Positions 17,074 to 31,454 of a stretch of 64,000 nucleotides of DNA are shown piece after piece. This DNA comes from Eledone cirrhosa. Lineage: Eukaryota. The stretch covers positions 127,968,001-128,032,000 of the forward strand of contig OZ024745.1 in the NCBI GenBank assembly GCA_964016885.1, in the 5' to 3' direction. The position numbers were made by a program, and so were the translations under genes. Numbering within the stretch: the stretch's first letter is position 1; every line of letters begins with the position of its first letter. The notes under the pieces are model-generated. The model searched no databases and had not been told where the DNA came from. It worked only from the letters and a program-made list of their open reading frames with translations.

Positions 17074-18279
17074 AAGAATGAGAAATAAAATAGATTGAGC
17101 GGACGGGCGGGTTGGAATTGGAAAAAATGTCTTTAGATAAAAATAACAGGTCCATTCATCCCTCGCTCCCCCTCTTTCTTTCTCTCTCTCTCTCACACAC
17201 ACACATACACAGACATACACGACTACATAAAAAAAATTGTGATGTCGAAAATAAAAGGAAATGATAACCATGAAACAATCATCAACACAAAAATTGGCTC
17301 AATATTGATGGTTTATTGTTCTGCTAGTTCAATGGCTGGAGAAATTGAGGAATTGTGTGTAGATGGGTAGATGGATTGACAAGGGAAGGAGTGATTAAAA
17401 ATATATCGTTTATAAATTACCGCTGATAAAATATGTTGGGCAAACACTTGTCTAAATGAATACATTTTGCGCCACGATTAATAGTTTCCTTTTGTTTGTG
17501 ATTTTCCTGTCAACCCGGTTATTTCACTTCTATTTCTTGAATTACCACGATGACGACGACAACGATGACCACCACCAGCGCCAACATCAATCCAAAGATC
17601 CCTCCACCAACACTACTACCGCCACCATTATTATCAATATCACCACAACTACCACTACTACTCGCTATTACCAAACGTTTATATTTATTTAGTTATTTGT
17701 TCTCTATAATATATTTGATGTACCACCTCTGTAACAGATGCTCCGCTTCACCACAGTAGCAAATATATTTTACTTGCAAATCAGGAGATCGAAAACTGAT
17801 TAAGAATTGCTTAGATTGTAAATTGGTAAGAAATAAAAATTACAACAACAACAACAACAACAGCAAATGAGAGAAAGTTACTAATAAAAGAGTAAATCTG
17901 ATAATTGTTGGTGTGGTGGTAGTGGTGTTGATAGTAGTACTGTTAGTGTTAGTTACAATGTCGGCATATGGTGGTTAGAGAGATGATAATTATGGAGAGG
18001 TCACTTTAAGTATTTGTTGTTTTGCATAGTGGGATTAAAGTTTGTAAATGTGACCGGGGTGATGTAGGTGATTGCATTGGGGATGTTGGTAAAGATAATT
18101 GTATTGTTGGCATGTGGTGTTTAAGGTGACGACATTTATGTCTTATGTCTTTGTGGTTGGTGTGGTAGTGTTAGGGTTTGTACATGTAGTCATAATGACG
18201 TTGATGATGGTAATAGTAGTGGTGATAAGTGTCAGTGATCGAAGCAGTGTCGTTCTTGCTTCTTTTTAAAAGACGATAT

Positions 18280-18755
18280 TTAGAGAGGGTGTGGAAGGTG
18301 GCCACCCAGAATGACACAAAAAAAACAACAAAGGAGATTCTGGCCGGTATAGAAACGATCGTTTTGTACGGTTCTGAGTCATGGACATTGCTGCAAGTGA
18401 CTCAATGGCACACACATCAAAGTACTACGTTTGGCATACAACATCTGGAGACGTCAACCAACAAAGAAGTCTCTGAATGAATCCCTGTTTCGCATCTTTG
18501 ATTATATGAAGCGTCGTAGTCTGGCTCTTGGCAACTACGTCACTCGCCATGATGAACTCGCTGGAGAATTCCTCCGCTGGACTTCGGATGCAAAGAGACG
18601 AGTTGGCCGACCTTATATCAGCTTGAAATGAATCAGCGAGATGTGAACATACCACAACGGAACGGGTCAGCGTGCTGCAATGGTCGACTGTGAACCCTGA
18701 AGCTCGAACTGAGTCAATGCCTCACCACCACCTTAAGACATCGGATGACTCAAGA
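18280..18755 (+). mobile_element. Degraded RTE LINE 3' fragment
   Basis: IETIVLYGSESWTL...KRRSLALGNYVTRHDELAGEFLRW..RRVGRP. Confidence 0.75.
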
Positions 18756-18769
18756 CGTCATTATATATA

Positions 18770-18957
18770 GGCGGTGGATTGGCAGTATCGGTAGAGGGTC
18801 CGACGCCATGCTTTCCAGCATAGTTACGTCCCTTTACGATCTGAGTTCAAATCCCGCCGAGCTTGATTTTACCTTTCATCCATACGGGGTCGATGAAATA
18901 AAGTACCAGTAATGCACTGGGTAATTGCTGGCCTTGTGCCAAAAATAGAAACAATTA
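18770..18957 (+). mobile_element. tRNA-derived SINE S1 (short subtype)
   Basis: ggcggtggattggcagtatcggtag (A box) ... gagttcaaatccc (B box) ... agaaacaatta tail. Confidence 0.9.
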
Positions 18958-19120
18958 TATATATATATATGATTTCTCCCAAATGAAACAGTTCTAGTCC
19001 TGTAGAAGCCATTTTTATATTAAATATTTATACTCAGTATTGTATTAAGTACCTTACTTATTGTGGTTACCCCCGATTGAACACGGGATAAACTTATACA
19101 TATATATATACGTATGTATG

Positions 19121-19194
<74 letters not shown>

Positions 19195-19675
19195 TATGGA
19201 ACGAAGCTTATCGGATAGAATGGGCACAGCTTCGGTCGATTCCTTACTCAATAATTTATTTAAGTCCAAATTCGAACACAACCGATTAGAATGTACACTT
19301 AAACTTTAATCAGTGAAGAAGATAGCTTCGTGAGTGTAGGACATTGGAGTTACCCGGCTCATTGCACGAGTTTCTGCGAAAATATATATAAATATATATA
19401 TATATATGTATATGAAATAATTAAGTCAAATATGTAAAATTTGGCGTGGTTTGTTATAAATTGTTGGATGTGACCTCTTCAGGCAGTCCGAATTGGTGTG
19501 GAAAAGACAGGTACAGATGTTGTTGAAGTGTGTTTTACTCCGTCAATACATTGATATGTCCAGCTCCTGGTTGTGTTGTTATTCCCCTGAGTAAACAAAC
19601 CAACCTGCGTACTTCGTCGAGTGCTCCAATGTGCATACTGAGGTGTCGGTAAACAGCCAACATATACTCAAAATG

Positions 19676-20044
<369 letters not shown>

Positions 20045-20209
20045 ACAGGGAGAAAGAGACGATTATTAGGAAGAAAAATATTTTTTTCCTTTTTTATTTC
20101 TCTCTCTCTCTCTTTTTTCTGGGTTAGAAAATGATTAAAACGAAATGTTTTACTTTGTGTGAAGTGTTAAGGTATTAGTTGATTTATATATATATATATA
20201 TATATATGA

Positions 20210-20442
20210 CTAAAGTCTGTCTCGAGACCATGAGCTCATCAGGCCGGTGCTTATCCCGATTCCGTGGCGTGAAACAACTGAGAGTACAAGACTTCCCCCT
20301 GAACAGGACGCTAGTCCATCGCAGGTTTAAACCGCCCAGCTATTTCTGGTACTCATTTTCAGCTGAGAGTGAACTGTTTTGCTTAAGAAGGCAACACACA
20401 ACCCTGTCCAGGAATCGCGAGTCCAACACCCTCACCACTAGA
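20210..20442 (-). mobile_element. tRNA-derived SINE (S2-related, with conserved-domain-like body)
   Basis: ggccggtgcttatcc...gacgctagtccatcgcagg...ggtactcatttt...ccaggaatcg pattern typical of metazoan SINE bodies read in antisense. Confidence 0.6.
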
Positions 20443-20477
20443 TTATACAGACACACACACGCATATATATATATATA

Positions 20478-20610
20478 TAACAAAGGAATTGTGGTAAAGA
20501 ACCAGATGGACCATAACGTACCGGAGTACTCAATACTTACGGTATTAGAGTGGGAAATAGGAAAAAGTATGATCCCGACGGCAGACCTCAAGCCGTTTCG
20601 ACGGCTATTT
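20478..20610 (-). mobile_element. Family A element, truncated at the hairpin
   Basis: Same fixed end next to (TA)n; stops at gacggctatttct. Confidence 0.85.
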
Positions 20611-20636
20611 CTATATTATTATGTGTATTTATATAG

Positions 20637-20695
<59 letters not shown>

Positions 20696-20698
<3 letters not shown>

Positions 20699-20830
20699 CA
20701 AGATGGATACAGTAAGAAACTGGTTAGACCATTACTCACCCGAGTACTCGTACTTGGTGTAGTAGAGTATGGTTATAATGGAGTCGGGACCCCGATGGCT
20801 GAACTCTTTCCGTTTCAAGAGCTAGTTCCA
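20696..20830 (-). mobile_element. Family A-related subfamily (A')
   Basis: gaccattactcac..gagtactcg..gtagtagagt..gaccccgatggctga..ccgtttc; homolog at 55356-55558. Confidence 0.7.
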
Positions 20831-20950
20831 TATATATATATATATATAAATGAAAATAGACCGAGAAACAGGAATTTCCATCATCAGTAGTCTGCTGATT
20901 ATCAATGGTATTTCTTCGCATTAAAGTCTATGTATATATATATATATATA

Positions 20951-21235
20951 GAACTTTACAACACCACGTGCCTCTTTGAGGTCAAATACCAACCCTACTA
21001 GCATCTACAGACTGACCAATGAGAATCAAGACTATTCCTGTTGACAACATTAAATTATTCCTAACAAGCTCATATATCCCAAGGCTCTGATACCATCCAC
21101 ACTATACACACAGACCTGGCATATCTAAGAACTGACTAACTGCCTGATGAGGTCATAGCCATTCAATGGCTATCATCGAAATATAGCAGTAAATAAAGGA
21201 TTATGAGTTCATGCAATTGACTTATGTTTCGTCAC

Positions 21236-21237
<2 letters not shown>
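20951..21237 (+). mobile_element. Hammerhead-carrying element family F (copy 2) between (TA)n tracts
   Basis: Homolog of 16262-16718; identical 3' end gtttcgtcac-(TA)n. Confidence 0.8.
21139..21190 (+). ncRNA. Minimal type-I hammerhead ribozyme motif (family F)
   Basis: actgc CTGATGA ggtcatagcc-attcaat-ggctatcatc GAA ATAT A gcagt. Confidence 0.8.
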
Positions 21238-21278
<41 letters not shown>

Positions 21279-21462
21279 TCGACAAAGAGACATGTCAACC
21301 TTTCACATAGGACCAAGGAAATCATATTTCCACATGTCTTCCTGTTGCTGATTGGTGGGATTTGAATTCAGAGCACAGAGAGTAGGGACAAATCGTACAA
21401 ATCATTTTTCCGACATTTTTTCTTCACCGAATCAACGGCAAACACATACACACACACACTCA

Positions 21463-21530
<68 letters not shown>

Positions 21531-22317
21531 CATGGGTACACACACACACATGCATACACCCTCACATAAAACCTTATTCACAAACACATGTACACACACA
21601 CACACACACACACACCCACTCACATATGTACAAGGTTATACATAGGATACTGTGTAGCTTAAATTAACCGGGTGTGTGTGTGTATATGTGTTCTATTGAA
21701 TGTGTCTATGTGTATATATGCTTCAGTAAGTGTGTGTGTGTGTATGTGTATGCGGGTATGTGTGCATATTTATATATCTGCAAACATACAGCTGTGATGT
21801 GCCTAAGCACTTAAACTCTAACATTGTGTGAAAAGAGTTTAAAAATGGAATTGTTGAAAGAAATTATAAACAAACTGAGAAGGAATGAACCGTGCTTGTA
21901 TAGCAGGGCGGAAACTTAGAGTTTTCTAAACGGCAGGGCTTTAGGGATTTGGGCTTAAATATTATAAATATGGAAACTATAACAAAATGTCGGGCGTTAA
22001 ACGTTATTGTCTAACGGGAGTCATTTGGTAAAAAGGAGTCTGTTGAAGGAAACATTTATTAAAAACGTTTGAAGATTTATACATACATAAGGCTATCGTT
22101 TTTACATGAATGCATTGAGACAGACACGGATTTCGGCATATATATATATATATATGTATATATGAATAAAGTTGGTCCTTCATCAGTGATCTTCCAACCA
22201 TCCTCGGTATTTCTTCGCTTTATATATATATATATGTGTGTGTGTAGAGAGAGAGGGTGAGAGAGAGATGTGCGTGTGTGCGTACGCGTGTGGTGTGTGT
22301 GTAAATGTGTGTGCATG

Positions 22318-22374
<57 letters not shown>

Positions 22375-22380
<6 letters not shown>

Positions 22381-22733
22381 GTGAGGTTTTTTTTACAAAA
22401 TGAAAAATAACCGAGGTGTCCTACACGAGTGGAAGTATAAAGAAAAAGAGATGAAATCGAAAATGCAACTGGAGTCTTATTTTTTTTTTAAATATATATA
22501 TTTATTTGGTTCCTTTACCGGTTTCGCAGTTCTTCTGCTTTTCAAAATGTGAGTTGAGATGGAGGGTCTGTGGTTTTTCTCACATCTGATGAGAAAAATT
22601 ACAGACCCTCCATCTCAACTCACATTTTGAAAAGCAGAAGAACTGCGAAACCGGTAAAGGAACCAAATAAATATATATATTTAAAAAAAAAATAAGACTC
22701 CAGTTGCATTTTCAATTTCATCTCTTTTTCTTT
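22375..22733. mobile_element. Family B fold-back element in (TA)n carrying a U3:A8 hammerhead variant in each arm
   Basis: ~145-bp inverted arms around ~22585; TTGAAAA gcag-aagaa-ctgc GAA ACCGGT A aagg at 22627-22660. Confidence 0.8.
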
Positions 22734-22777
22734 ATATATATATATATATAGTAATAATAATAATAAAATTTGAAGAC

Positions 22778-22815
<38 letters not shown>

Positions 22816-22916
22816 TATTTGTGTTTTGTGAGCGTGTGTGCATAGATATATATGTGTCCCTGTGTATGTGCGTGTATTTGCCTTTTTGTGCTTAATTATA
22901 TATATATACAATGTTA

Positions 22917-23100
22917 GGGCGCTGGACTGGCAGATCGGTAGTGCGTCGGAGACCTTGCCTCGCGGCATAGTTGCGACCCTTTTATTCTGAGTTCAAATCC
23001 CGCCGAGGTTAACTTTGCCTTTAATCCTACTGGTGTAGATTTAATCGATATTCCCCCTCCCCCAAATTTGCTGGTGGTGTGTCTAAATCAGAAATCATTA
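22917..23100 (+). mobile_element. tRNA-derived SINE S1 (long subtype, diverged)
   Basis: B box gagttcaaatcccgccgagg and gatttaatcga..cccctcccccaaa segment. Confidence 0.8.
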
Positions 23101-23146
23101 TATAAACAATGTTATCTCAAAGAGCGAGATGGTGCATGAGTGTATT

Positions 23147-23184
<38 letters not shown>

Positions 23185-23320
23185 CAGAAGATCCCGTTAA
23201 GGGTGAAAGCAGCGATTCTTTGCTTAAACTTTAATTTGTTATTTTAATAAATATTTGCACTATGGTTCTTATATATTTGATATATATATTTATCCTTATC
23301 GAGCCCTCTAACAAACTTTG

Positions 23321-23381
23321 TATTTTATCTGATGAAAGTGTACCAAAGTTTTGGTACCCTTGAAATATATATAATAGAATA
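23321..23381 (+). ncRNA. Minimal type-I hammerhead motif (family C)
   Basis: tattttat CTGATGA aagtgtacca..tggtaccctt GAA ATATATAT A atagaata; part of element ~23250-23512. Confidence 0.75.
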
Positions 23382-23749
23382 AATATGGTTTTATAAATAT
23401 TGTTTCCATTTATTAATATCATGGATATTATACTCCAGGAAACTTGTCGAGTGTTTCGAATCTGTTATAAATATATTTGTTGAATTACCAACAAATTAAA
23501 TATCCCTTTGCTTATGTATATATCTAGAGAGAGAGAGAGAGAGTGTGTGTGTGTGTGTGTGAGGGAGAGAAAGAGAGAAGTCGGTCGTAACACAACAGTT
23601 ACTTCACCATAACGAGAACAATTGTTTCACCTTCAACTGCTGTGTTACCACTTCTACCTAACTCGTCCTATGGACTGAGTGTTCTACCACTACGGATATT
23701 ACAACAGTGTTCTACCTCTCTCTCTCTCTATCTATCTCCCTCTCTCCCC

Positions 23750-23895
<146 letters not shown>

Positions 23896-24057
23896 TACAA
23901 AGAAATAGGATTTCGCTTCAAGCATAGCTTTATACAAAATGTATAAATATTTCGTATTTCCAAAGAAATATGGTTTTAGGAAGCCGTAGCTATGCAAATA
24001 CCGGGGGAAGGGGGTTAATGCCCTCTGGTGATGTCCAGCAGAAGCAAGGGGGGCAAC

Positions 24058-24097
24058 CGTCTATGCATTTCAGGCTTAACTGGCCATCATCAGGACG
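24058..24097 (-). ncRNA. Minimal type-I hammerhead ribozyme motif (family K)
   Basis: cgtc CTGATGA t ggc-cagttaa-gcc t GAA ATGCAT A gacg. Confidence 0.8.
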
Positions 24098-24207
24098 TAT
24101 ATACGTATATACGTATATACGTGTGAGTGTACGTGTGTGTATGTTTGTCAATTTATCTGTATACATACATATATCTAGACATAACTTAGCTGCATACGTA
24201 TATTTAC

Positions 24208-24282
<75 letters not shown>

Positions 24283-24821
24283 TATAGCTACAGGTAAAAC
24301 CATACTACATATTAAAAAATCTGGCGCTTTCAATTGAAAAGACTACGAATTATTACATTATTGCAATGTTTGGTTTTCTACCATTACAGTAGATCCCGTT
24401 AAAAGAATGTTGGTAGGACAACGCCCAGCACATCAAACATTAATTGATTATAAATACGTTTAAACATTTTAAACTCCACATTCAACTACAACAGAAGATC
24501 TCTGTCATGAAAGGCAATTAAATCTGAGGTATGTGTGTGATTGTCAGACGTTTTCTATACTCTATTTACTTATTAAATAACAATTTATTTCTGTATTAGA
24601 TATTTTTCTTTTTTCATATATATATATATATATGTTAATGTTTATATTCATGTCAATTCTATCTTCTTCTTTCAGCTAACTTCGACTCGACAATCTCTCC
24701 ACATCTCTTTGCCAGGCACTTAACATAAACTTTACCGGATAGGCTTAACAAAGAGATTTATCGGAAATTGGAACAATATCACTTGTCCTCCTTTATGAAA
24801 ATTGGAAATTATCACTCCCGA

Positions 24822-25053
24822 TCGCCATGATGTTGGCTGGTCTCGTTTGGGAATCTAGTTGGATCAGTTGGAGACAGTTGCTTCTCACGGGACTCGCTGG
24901 AAGGAGTGTTTGAGGGCTCTGTCCCCATGATCCACTCAGGAATAAGTGAGCAAAAGAAGAAGAAGAAGAAGAAGAAGAAGAAGAAGAAGAAGAAGAAGAA
25001 GAAGAAGAAGAAGAAGAAGAAGAAGAAGAAGAAGAAGAAGAAGAAGAAGAAGA
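24822..25053 (+). mobile_element. RTE LINE 3' end with (GAA)n tail
   Basis: HDVGWSRLGI*LDQLETVASHGTRWKECLRAL followed by a long GAA run. Confidence 0.6.
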
Positions 25054-25616
25054 ATTAACACTTCTGCTATTAACACTTCTGGTAGTAACAATTCTAGTAG
25101 TAACACTTCTTGCTATTAACACTTCTATTAACACTTCTGGTATTAACACTTCTGCTATTAACACTTCTGCTATTAACACTTCTGCTATTAACACTTCTGG
25201 TATTAATACTTCTGGTATTAACACTTCTATTAACACTTCTGCTATTAACACTTCTGGTAGTAACAACTCTAGTATTAACACTTCTGGTATTAACACTTCT
25301 ATTAACACTTCTGCTATTAACACTTCTGGTAGTAACAATTCTGGCATTAACACTTCTATTAACACTTCTGCTATTAACACTTCTGGTATTAACAATTCTA
25401 GTATTAACACTTCTAGTATTAACACTTCTATTAACACTTCTGCTATTAACACTTCTGGTAGTAACACTTCTAGTATTAACACTTCTGGTATTAACACTTC
25501 TATTAACCCTTCTGGTAGTAACAATTCTAGTATTAACACTTCAGGTAATAACACTTCTATTAACATTTCCGGTATTAACACTTCTGCTATTAACACTTCC
25601 GGTATTAACACTTCCA
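25054..25616. repeat. Minisatellite of 12/15-bp units (attaacacttct[gct/ggt/agt])
   Basis: Direct inspection. Confidence 0.95.
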
Positions 25617-26208
25617 TTATTATTATTTTTAAAATGTTCTTCTTGTTGGTATTCCCTTCCTCTATCTACCATGTTCTCACTGTTCAGGTGTTATGTGTTG
25701 TTAGCATCCAACATCAGAATCTCCAGTTTACATCAGAATAATAGAGAGAGAAAAACGGAAGGAAATCAAAATGAATCAACATATAGTTATAGTGGAAATA
25801 AAATAAATAATAATGTTAGTAATGAAGACAATGATGAGGGTGAGCGTGATGATGATGATGACGGTGGTGATGATGGTGTTGATGGTGGTGATGATGATGA
25901 TGATGATGGTAGTGATGATGATGGTGATGATGATGCTATTAATGCTTTTGACGTTTCTGATAAATTCTCTGCAGACAGAACAATAAGCATTAACAATATG
26001 TGGTTTCAAACTTGAGTTCTCTTCAGAAATCAGGTTTACTACTAAATATAAACAAACTGATATTTTAATTTGCTGCAAACCTTAGGCATAGAACTGTTCC
26101 GTTTCTACGGTTTATAGTAAACGATATCACATTTAATATGTTACGGGATCCACCCTTCCTGGAATTTCCTATAATTTGTGTACATATGGTATATATATAT
26201 ATATATAT

Positions 26209-26443
26209 GAAATTGAGTTTTTTTTACAAAATGAAAAAAAAACGAGGTGTCCTACACGAGTGAAAGTATAAAGAAAAAAAGATGAAATCGAAAACGCAAC
26301 TGGAGTCTTTTTAAAAATATTTATTTGGTTCCTTTACCGGTTTCGCAGTTCTTGTGCTTTTCAAAAGTAGAATTGAGATGGAGGGTTTGTGGTTTTTGAA
26401 AAACCACAAATCCCTCATCTCAACTCTACTTTTGAAAAGCACA
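26209..26443. mobile_element. Family B element (partial fold-back)
   Basis: Homologous to 22375-22733; inverted around ~26398. Confidence 0.8.
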
Positions 26444-26499
26444 ATGGTTGCATTTTAATAGGGTACGTCAAAGTTTATTTGTAAAACTGTTATATATTG

Positions 26500-26564
26500 T
26501 ATTTTGTCTGATGAAGGCATACCATAATTTAATTTGGTATCCCTGAAATATGTATAATGAAATA
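26500..26564 (+). ncRNA. Minimal type-I hammerhead motif (family C)
   Basis: tattttgt CTGATGA aggcatacca..tggtatccct GAA ATATGTAT A atgaaata; within element ~26455-26695. Confidence 0.65.
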
Positions 26565-26692
26565 AATATGGTTTTATAAATATAGTTTCCATTTATTAAT
26601 ATCGTATATCTACTCCAAATACTTGTCGAGTGTTTTATATCAGTTATAAAAATATTTACTTGTTGTATCCCAACAATTTTAAGTAGAACTTT

Positions 26693-26806
<114 letters not shown>

Positions 26807-26999
26807 CCTGTATATCAGCCTATCTTCTCCAGATTCCCTCAACTGCGATGTTTTGTAGTCATCGCCAAAATAAGAACAATAAAGATGGAATATAAAACGA
26901 ATAACAGAAATGTTGGTGTGGTCGTGAATTAAGACAAAAGAACGATTGACCTTATTAATAGGTCAGATGTGACAACATCGCTAAGAGACATCAATAACA

Positions 27000-27007
27000 C
27001 TATTACC

Positions 27008-27039
<32 letters not shown>

Positions 27040-27165
27040 CGTCTTCATCATCATCATCATCATCATCGTCGTCATCATCATCATCATCATCGTCATCATT
27101 GTCATCATCATCATCATCTTCCTCATCATCATCATTATCACCATCATCATAACCATCATCACCAC

Positions 27166-27203
<38 letters not shown>

Positions 27204-27286
27204 CCATCATCATAACCATCATCACCATCATCATCATCATCATCTTCATCACCACCACCATCATCATCATCATCACCACCACCATC

Positions 27287-27318
<32 letters not shown>

Positions 27319-27525
27319 CATCATCAACATCACCATCGTCACCATCGTCTCACCATCGTCATCGTCACTAATATTATGAAGATGATGATGATGATCATCA
27401 TCATCATCTTCATAGTCATCATCACCATCACCATCGTCAACATCGTCACCATCATCACCATCATCGCCATCGTCACTAATATTATGATGATCGCCGCCAC
27501 CATCATCACCATCTATACCACCATT
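27000..27525. repeat. (CAT/CAC)n trinucleotide repeat region
   Basis: Direct inspection. Confidence 0.95.
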
Positions 27526-27815
27526 ATCCTTTCAAGCAATAACCCTAGCTACTACAATAATATCAACAAGGGCACCTGCTGCTCCCTAAAACAAATATTA
27601 TTGTTGTTATAAGCGGCTGACATTATCTTGCGAGCCGTCTACAATTTCTTTTTTTTCTACTACTCGTACCTTTTCCTATACAAGCAATGTATAAACACAC
27701 TCACGTTGACGTTCACCAACACGCACGCATACATACACACACGCACACACACGCACACACACGCACGCACACACACACATATATATCTATCTATCTACAC
27801 ACACACATATACATT

Positions 27816-27886
<71 letters not shown>

Positions 27887-28017
27887 GCATATGCACATAT
27901 ATATAAGCATATGTATATGCTGATGCTGCTGCTGATGATGATGATAATGATGATGATGATGAAGATTATATATATATATAAATATATATATATGTGTGTG
28001 TGTATGTATGTGTATAT

Positions 28018-28101
<84 letters not shown>

Positions 28102-28204
28102 GTAGGAGGTGAGTTTTATTGTAGCACAATAAAGCAATGCAAATATCGTTGATTTAAAACTTCACTATTCACAAGTGTTTTTTAAGCTTCATATCATGTC
28201 TCCC

Positions 28205-28275
28205 TATTTTATCTGATGAGAACGCAGATGTCATCCCATGATGATATTTGTTTTGGAAATGCGCATAATAAAATA
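28205..28275 (+). ncRNA. Minimal type-I hammerhead motif (family C-related, long stem II)
   Basis: tattttat CTGATGA gaacg cagatgtcatc-ccat-gatgatatttg ttttg GAA ATGCGCAT A ataaaata. Confidence 0.7.
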
Positions 28276-28309
28276 CTTGGAACTCTTTTAACCATCTTTT
28301 GATCTTATA

Positions 28310-28715
<406 letters not shown>

Positions 28716-29181
28716 AATCTTCACATGAAAAGTGTTCTTAATTTGTTATGAGAACGAATAATCCGATGGGGAAGGCATTATAGGTAGTATTTAGTCGTTG
28801 ATGATGATGATGTTTACCTTCAAAACAGCCCTCATCAATAGACATGGTCCATCCCAGGCATGACCCTCCCACTTTTTCTTATGTGAAGGGAAGCAGTATC
28901 ACAATGCGGCCGTACTCATTTATTAATGAGTATTAATAGTAAAGTGTGTTATGAGAGTGATTTTGCAGCTACTTTTAACAGATCGAGCGACTACGTAGAG
29001 TTCCTCATTGATTGATGGTGGCTCTCAGTGTTATGTGATGGCATGCTGTAAACTTATATAGCATCAGGCTCTAACCTTGTCAGTTGTTTCATAACATCTG
29101 TATCATGGCTGCATGTTCATATTATATTCAATGTTTTGTTTTATAGGTTCACTTTCTTTCCTATTATATGGTATGGCTCTG

Positions 29182-29703
29182 GGGGCGGTGTATTTGGCAG
29201 TGTTGGTAGAGAGTCGGACACCATACGTTGCAGCATAGAGTTACGGTCCTTTACGGTCTGAGTTTAAATCCCGCCGGGGTTAACTTTGCTTTCATCCTTA
29301 CGAGGTCGATAAAGTAAAGTACTAGTAATGTACTGGGGACGATTTAATCGACTTTCCCTTCGCCCCAATTACTGGCCTTATGCCTGTTACTAGAAATCAT
29401 TATATGGCGTGGAGGGCAGTGAATTGGCAGTATTGGTAGAGCCTCGGTCAAAATGCGTTTCCACATAGAGTTACCGCCCTTTACGTTCTAAGTTCAAATT
29501 TTATATATATATATATATATATACGCAGAACTGTTAGTACATATAATTGGTGCATTTTCTATCGTTATTTCACGTCCCTTTACGATCTGAGTTCAAATCC
29601 CGCCGAGGTTGACTTTGCCTTTCATCCTTACGGGGTCGGTAAAATAAAGTACCAGTAATGCACTGGGTATTTGCTGGCCTTGTGCCTAAAGTAGAAACAG
29701 TTA
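29182..29703 (+). mobile_element. Three tandem S1 SINE copies (29182-29404, 29413-29500, 29525-29703)
   Basis: Repeated A/B boxes and body sequence. Confidence 0.85.
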
Positions 29704-29934
29704 TTTCATTGCTACTCAAATTCAGCAAAATATATATTTTCTTTTTCGTTTTTTCTTTTTACCTAATTCAATGTTGCAACAATTGACAAGTTAATTTAAT
29801 AATCTGGGAAAGGAAAGTTTCAAGAATCTTTAGAAAAGAGAAAAGATAAGAAAATATAGTTTATATTTTGAGTACAATTTTTTCATAGATACCAAACAAA
29901 CAGTGACACATGCTCACACACAGATACATACACA

Positions 29935-30004
<70 letters not shown>

Positions 30005-30008
<4 letters not shown>

Positions 30009-30148
30009 CGCCAAACAGCGTGAACCAGTCTGTTAGCTTCTCTCCCTTCTTTCGCCGAAAAGAAGTAAGTGGCATAGTCACTACCTTAAAACCGATAGCG
30101 TCTGGTCTTCTAAATGTTTTTAATTTAACATACGGTATATTGCCAAAT
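30005..30148 (+). mobile_element. Family E element, 5'-truncated inside the hammerhead core, in (TA)n
   Basis: TGA t cgc-caaaca-gcg t GAAC cagtctgtt agc...; homolog of 42679-42830. Confidence 0.75.
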
Positions 30149-30564
30149 ATATATATGTATATATATATACATATATATATATATGTGTGTGGGTGTGTAT
30201 ATATGTATACATACATATATATATATGTCTGTGTGTGTGTGTGTGTGTGTATTAGGAATGTACTGATACAGGCGGCGTATCGTTCGAAGACCTCAATACT
30301 CTTACGAAGTCCTTCTAGTGTCGGTTTTATTCCAGAGTTATTCTAGAGTAAGTAGAATCGAGGACACAAGACGGAACACTTGGTCTTTCGACTGTTTACG
30401 AATAAATAGAATTTGTTAGAATTCAATGTGTTGCACCTGAAAAGATATAGAAACAAAGGCTAATATATTAGCGAAGAAGAGAAAGTATGCAGAGAAGGCT
30501 AAGTAAGGAAAAATGTCTGTTGTTTGGACATAGGTCCTATATAGACAGACATAACACAGAAGGA

Positions 30565-30623
<59 letters not shown>

Positions 30624-31454
30624 GATGACAAGGAACGCAGGCGGAAGGCGTAGTGCGAAAGAGTAGGTGGAATAGACAGAGAATATATGTAAACATTTAT
30701 AAAACAAAGTTATTCGTTTGAACGCAAGTCTAATATAGACAGACACAGCTAGCAGAGAGAGACAGAGAGAGGGGAGGGGGAGACAGTAAGAAAAATGAGA
30801 GGAGAGAACAGAGAACGCATTTATGTGTGTATATATAATATATAAATATGTATATATATATATATATAGATATAAATCATAGATATATATACACCCCCAT
30901 ACAAATATATAAATATTTTGTACGTATGCGTGTGTGTGCATATTCGAATTACAAGTACCTTCTCTTGTATTTAATTCTTCTCTCTTTTCATTTCAGTGTC
31001 AATGACTCCTTTTTTCCTCTTTCTTGTTCTCACTTATCTTCAGTCACTTATTCTCTCTCCCTCTCTTTCTCTCTCCTTCAACATCGCCCCCCCCCCTTCT
31101 CTCTCTCTCTTCTCGCCTGCTTTCGGTTAGTTAAACCGAATCTTATTAAAAGAATTCTTGCGCAAAAGGTTATTACATAAACTAACACATTCACAAATAT
31201 ATGTGCTTGCTTATAAACATATATACATATATATACACTGACATTTTAGACAGACACTCATGCATAATTAAAGTAATTTTATCCACACTATATACTGAAT
31301 ACATATTGGATGGTGTAGCTGTAGCAAAGATCTAGAAAAGAGGCAAAGAAGAGATAGAGAGATAAAACAAGGCTAGGTCAGAGTAAATACAAGAAAGAGA
31401 ACAAGCTTGAAACATACAACGAAACAGATTCATATAGGAAGATATAGCTTAGAA

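Noticed and set aside
18770-18860. tRNA gene candidates (A/B boxes)
   Set aside because: They are heads of multi-copy SINEs with body, tail and TSDs, not cloverleaf tRNAs
22586-22592. CTGATGA at the centre of the family B palindrome
   Set aside because: No stem II/GAAA/stem I arrangement around it; it appears to be junction sequence
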